From: the human T2T-CHM13v2.0 reference genome, Homo sapiens
Assembly (NCBI RefSeq): GCF_009914755.1
Contig: NC_060931.1
Length of the DNA: 64,000 bases
Strand: one strand, 5' to 3'
The position numbers and the translations under genes were made by a program. Below the pieces are notes generated by a model. That model did no database searches, was not told where the DNA came from, and saw only the letters and a program-made list of their open reading frames with translations. Positions within the stretch are counted from its first letter, which is position 1. Each line of letters begins with the position of its first letter. This document shows, in pieces, positions 58,325 through 64,000 of this stretch.

Positions 58325-59010
58325 ATTTCATTCATCCTTTCAAAATAGTGTGCACTGCAAATAGTGTGCACCTCGTTCTAGGTGGTGTGGATAGGCACTG
58401 AACAAGACAAAAGGCCTTTTCAAGGAGATAACATTCTGGAAGGAGACTGACCATAAATACTAAAGTAAAAGATAAAACCCATCAGATGACAATACATGGT
58501 ATGAAGAAAAGTAAAGCAAGAGAGGGTGACAGAGAATGTGTGTGTGTTGGGGGTGGGAGGTGGGAGTCAACATTGAAATAGGGTGTTCAAGGAAAGCCTC
58601 CCTGAGAAATTGCCATATGAGCAAAGATCTGAAGAATGTGGAGAACCATGCAGACATCTCCGGAAGGACAGTTCCAGACAGAGGGACCAGCAAGTGCAAA
58701 GGGCCTGAGGCTGAAGCATGGCCTGTCTTGGGGCACATGAGGGAACAGTAATAGGAGGTGAGATCATAGAGGTGAGTGAGGGGTTTCATAGTCCAGCACT
58801 AAAGACTGTTGGCTTTGATTCTGAGAGCCATGGAATGCAACTGAGGTGATGCATGCCGCACCCTGCCCTGTGGAATGCTGAAGAGGGGCAGGGACATGAT
58901 CTGGCTGTGTTGAGAATAAACTGAAAAGAAGGCAAGGAGGCAGCTAGGCCAGTGACCGGGCTACTGGGACAATGCAGGTACGAGAGGACAAGGGCTTGGA
59001 CTAGGTGCAG
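58325..59010. mobile_element. L2 fragment
   Basis: ggaaagcctccctgagaa...gagggaccagcaagtgcaaagggcctgagg typical L2 body. Confidence 0.7.
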
Positions 59011-59210
59011 CAGCACAGGTACTTCCACAGAGTTGTTGGGGTCTTCACAGAGCTTGAAGCGAAGGCCCTGGAGCTAACTCTCACTTCCCTAAGGGCTGAT
59101 CTTAGTGATCTTAATGCTCTTCTCACTAACCATGTTTTTTGTTTTAATTAGTACTTTTACAAAAGAAAATTTAGTGGGTTTTAACCTGCTACAGAAGTAA
59201 TAGATGATCA

Positions 59211-59519
<309 letters not shown>

Positions 59520-60632
59520 TCATTATAGAGTGCAAAAGGTCAAGCAAACCAAACCTGTGCATCACATTATAAAAGAACTTAACATACAAGTGTTTCTTAT
59601 ACTGTCACCACCATATATTAGCATTTTAAATCCGTGAAAATAAAAGACTTCTTCCCTAGGTGAGGAGAAAGATCATTCTATACACATGACCATGGTAGTT
59701 AATGACTCTATGTAACAAAAGGTTTTCCATTGAAGATCTATTGATATACAGCAGGACAAACACCAAACAGAAGTACTGTATTCTTAAAACCAAGCTTAGG
59801 TCAGTATGGTCTAACCCTGAAATCTTTCAGCTGTGCCAGTTTGAGATTAATGAAGAAATGTTTGGCCCATCACTCACAAAACCACACTTTTCTGCACAAA
59901 GACTTTCTCTTAGAGACACCCATGATGATAACATAATGTAAAGTAAAATTTAGATATGGTGAAATTCTTAAAAAATGAAATAAAGTACCCTTTTTAGTCT
60001 CTGCATTGTTGATTAACACGGGGGTTAAAAAAAAAGGTAGGGGAAGCTCAGTGCGCAGAACTGTTGTCATGGAAACCATCCTACTCCAGGGCAGGGGAGC
60101 AGCTCTTCATGCTGTCATCAAGCCACCAAGAATCTCATCTGTTTGGGAGACAGAGCCACGTCCTCCCCTAATCAGAACATTGCTGTTTAGTCAAACATGA
60201 TGACTTGGCCTGGTCTGTAGCTGCAAACAAAATTAAACTGTGATTCTCAACATTTGACTCTTCTGGCTGATATGGCATATTTGTTTAGCTTCTCTCGAAC
60301 AGAGCTACCAACAGATCAGTCACTCATGGTGACTCGGGGAGCATCAGTTGTCCACCAGAGCAGAGCTTTTCAAACTCCGAGATGCACATGAGCTGCTTGC
60401 AAGTCCTGTTAAAAAGCAGATTCTTATATAGATAACTCTTATGACAACATCGCCTGTGCTATAATGTACATCTCTCAACTCTTCTGAGCTATTTTAATTC
60501 ATCCTAATTCATTTTTATTAACATTTTTCAGACATGTGTTTCTTTCTTAGTTTGCTTCTGAAGTATAAAGATAATAGTGATGAGGTTTTAAAAAAAAAAA
60601 ATACTGCTTCTCTATGACAAGGACGCCCAGCA

Positions 60633-60774
60633 AAGGATCACCTGAGCCTGGGAGATGGAGGCTGCAGTGAGCCCTGATTGTGCCACTGCACTCCAGCCTG
60701 GGCAACAGAGTGAGACTCTGTCTCAAAAACAAAACAAAACAAAACAAAACAAAACAAAACAAAACAAAACAAAA
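60633..60774 (+). mobile_element. Strongly 5'-truncated Alu (J-like) with (AAAAC)n tail
   Basis: ggatcacctgagcctgggagatggaggctgcagtgagc; TSD aagga(cg/tc)cccagca. Confidence 0.88.
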
Positions 60775-61276
60775 GGATCCCCAGCATATCTGTGAGCGTG
60801 ACCTACTTTTTTTGTTTCTCTGAAATCCTAAGATGACCAAAAGAAGAAGTGTAGTGAAAAAAGGCTGAATGTAAGTCAGTAAGCAAAAGAGAGGCTGGTC
60901 TAACAACCATGATTGTTCTTATACCTTGGGAATCCTGTAAAAGCACAGAGGGAGGGACCTGGCAGAAAGGAAGCCAACAGACAAGAGGCTATAGTGGCAA
61001 CAACTGCTTGGAGATCTATAAGATAAATCAGGGAGATCACAATCAATTGTTTATAGACTCTGAAAGGACCAACAAGAATTACCATTGAGTTATGTAAAGA
61101 AAAAAAAACTATTAGCCAACATCTATTAAGGAGGAAAAACAAAGGTATACACAGCTTGGGGCAAGATTTGAAGAAGCATAACCCCACCTACATACAAAGG
61201 CATGTGGCAGAGAGCAGGCCTACTCATTCTGTGTGGCTCCTGTGGCTTGAACCCAAAGGTAAAATAGAAAAGGAGA

Positions 61277-61925
<649 letters not shown>

Positions 61926-62960
61926 GTCATCTGACAGGTTTTAAAGTGGCAGTAAGAAGTGGCCTGTGTTGCGTGATACACACATACCTTCTAACAAAAT
62001 ACACTTCTCGGGACACAGAACTTTTCTTTTTGCAAAGTAAGGAGCTCCCATCATTCCTGAGATAGTCTCCACCTGCCACCCTGTTCCTCTCCAGTACTGT
62101 ACACTGTAAACATGCCAAGCCGGATGCCACTCCCCAGACAGCTTCACGACTGCAAGCATCACATGGTCTGTGCCTACAACGCTTTTCATTTCTGGGCCAT
62201 CCCTGCAAACTTGAAAACCCAACCTCCTCTGTGAATCTTGTGCTCTCTCTCCTCCAAGCAGAGTGGCTAGCCTGCTTCTCGCCCGCTCAGCGTACTTCTC
62301 CCCTGCACCATCTCCCTCTGCTGTAAATATCTAGACTGTCAGGTCTCTGAGGGCAGGACCACATGCTATTTCCCTGTGTATCCTCAGTGCTGACCATAGT
62401 GACCTGGATACAGCATGCACTGGATGATGGGAGGAAGGAAGAAGAGGGGAGGTGGGTAAAGAGAGAGATGATGATGCCTAAATTATCATCTGCTATGCAT
62501 ACTGTAGAAGGAACTCTGATACTGAGAGGAATGTTGATTTCAATGAACTTATTCTACACAGACATGAATTACTGTGGCCTTCATTAAGGTTATTTTATGT
62601 ATGTTTAACAATCCATTTATTGTTATTTAGCTGTTTAGAAACAGTCCCAATATTTTGCTTTTACTCATATATATGTCAGTATTTAGCAGTGTAAATAAAG
62701 TCTAAGTTTTTATACTAAAAACCATCTTTCAAAGTTACTGAGACGCCTGCAGAAAATGTGTCCACAGCATTTCACTGCAGTTTGGAATAACTCTGTATCA
62801 TTAAAACAAGCACAGGGGCCTCTACTGGCAAAACTACCCAGCAACACTTTATAAGCCTTTATGTTAGAACGCTGAATATCAGAAAGTGAAGTGAGTCTCC
62901 AAACTTTCCCTAATTCAGACAAGACTTTACCTTAATTACTAATTAGTACCAATAAGGGAA

Positions 62961-63364
<404 letters not shown>

Positions 63365-64000
63365 TAGGCGAATACATCTGGGAACTACAGAGCCATTGCT
63401 AACAACGCTCATTACTATTCAGAATGATCACCATCAGGCACATCAGCACCTTTCCCTCCGACAATGGAACCAACACCCGAGCCACAGAGCTGGGCTCTGC
63501 TGCTGCATAGGGCACCGACTCAGTACCGGCACATCCCGGCTGTCCTTGCTGTCTCCCCATTCTTCCCCAAAGTGGGGCCTATCAGCACACTGCCAAACTC
63601 ACCTCCCCAGCAGCCTGGTTCCTTTAGTCCCACTTTCTATCCTGGACTACTGCCCTGAGGGACAACAGAATGGTTTCTGGACTCTTTGGACACCAAGGCC
63701 AACCCGGGCTGCCGTAGGGGCAAGGCCTAAAGAAGGAGCCTGCAGCCTCCACACCGTGGGTGTCAGGGTCATGTGCGTGTGAACTGCCAGCCCCGTTTCG
63801 TTGTGTTACTACAGAGAGAAACACAGTGGACCTTCTCTAGCATGAGAGCACCATAGTCTAGGAGGAGTGAAGGAAGGTCTTTATTTCATGAGACTTAAAA
63901 AAAAAAATAGCTTCAAGATATAGTTTTAGAAACATAAGCAGACATCTTGTGGTCTGACAACAATTCATAAATCAGATCTTAAAACTGATTTTAGCAGATC

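Overview
Primate (very likely human) genomic DNA, AT-rich and repeat-dense: about 31 Alu/FLAM copies, several L1 fragments, a full LTR-int-LTR MaLR (MST) element, MLT2 and ERV1-type solo LTRs, a Tigger3 DNA transposon and many MIR/L2 remnants. There are no prokaryote-style genes, rRNA/tRNA genes or CRISPR arrays, and nearly all ORF-track entries are chance or repeat-derived. The best non-repeat signal is the 3' end of a minus-strand spliced gene that I could not name. It has a strong terminal-exon acceptor at 16411, a largely repeat-free 3' UTR with proximal (~15.7 kb) and distal (~10.0 kb) poly(A) signals, and several upstream candidate short exons (42, 21, 96 and 14 nt, plus possible alternative last exons). 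Read in one common splice phase, three of these candidates give class I PDZ-ligand-like C-termini (-SCV, -SSL, -SVV). The window also keeps several readable rearrangement scars: templated insertions, an inverted duplication with a captured spacer, a twin-primed L1 carrying nested elements, and an LTR-end micro-inversion. Exon calls rest on splice-site motifs only, and repeat subfamily names come from recalled consensus sequences and need RepeatMasker/Dfam confirmation.
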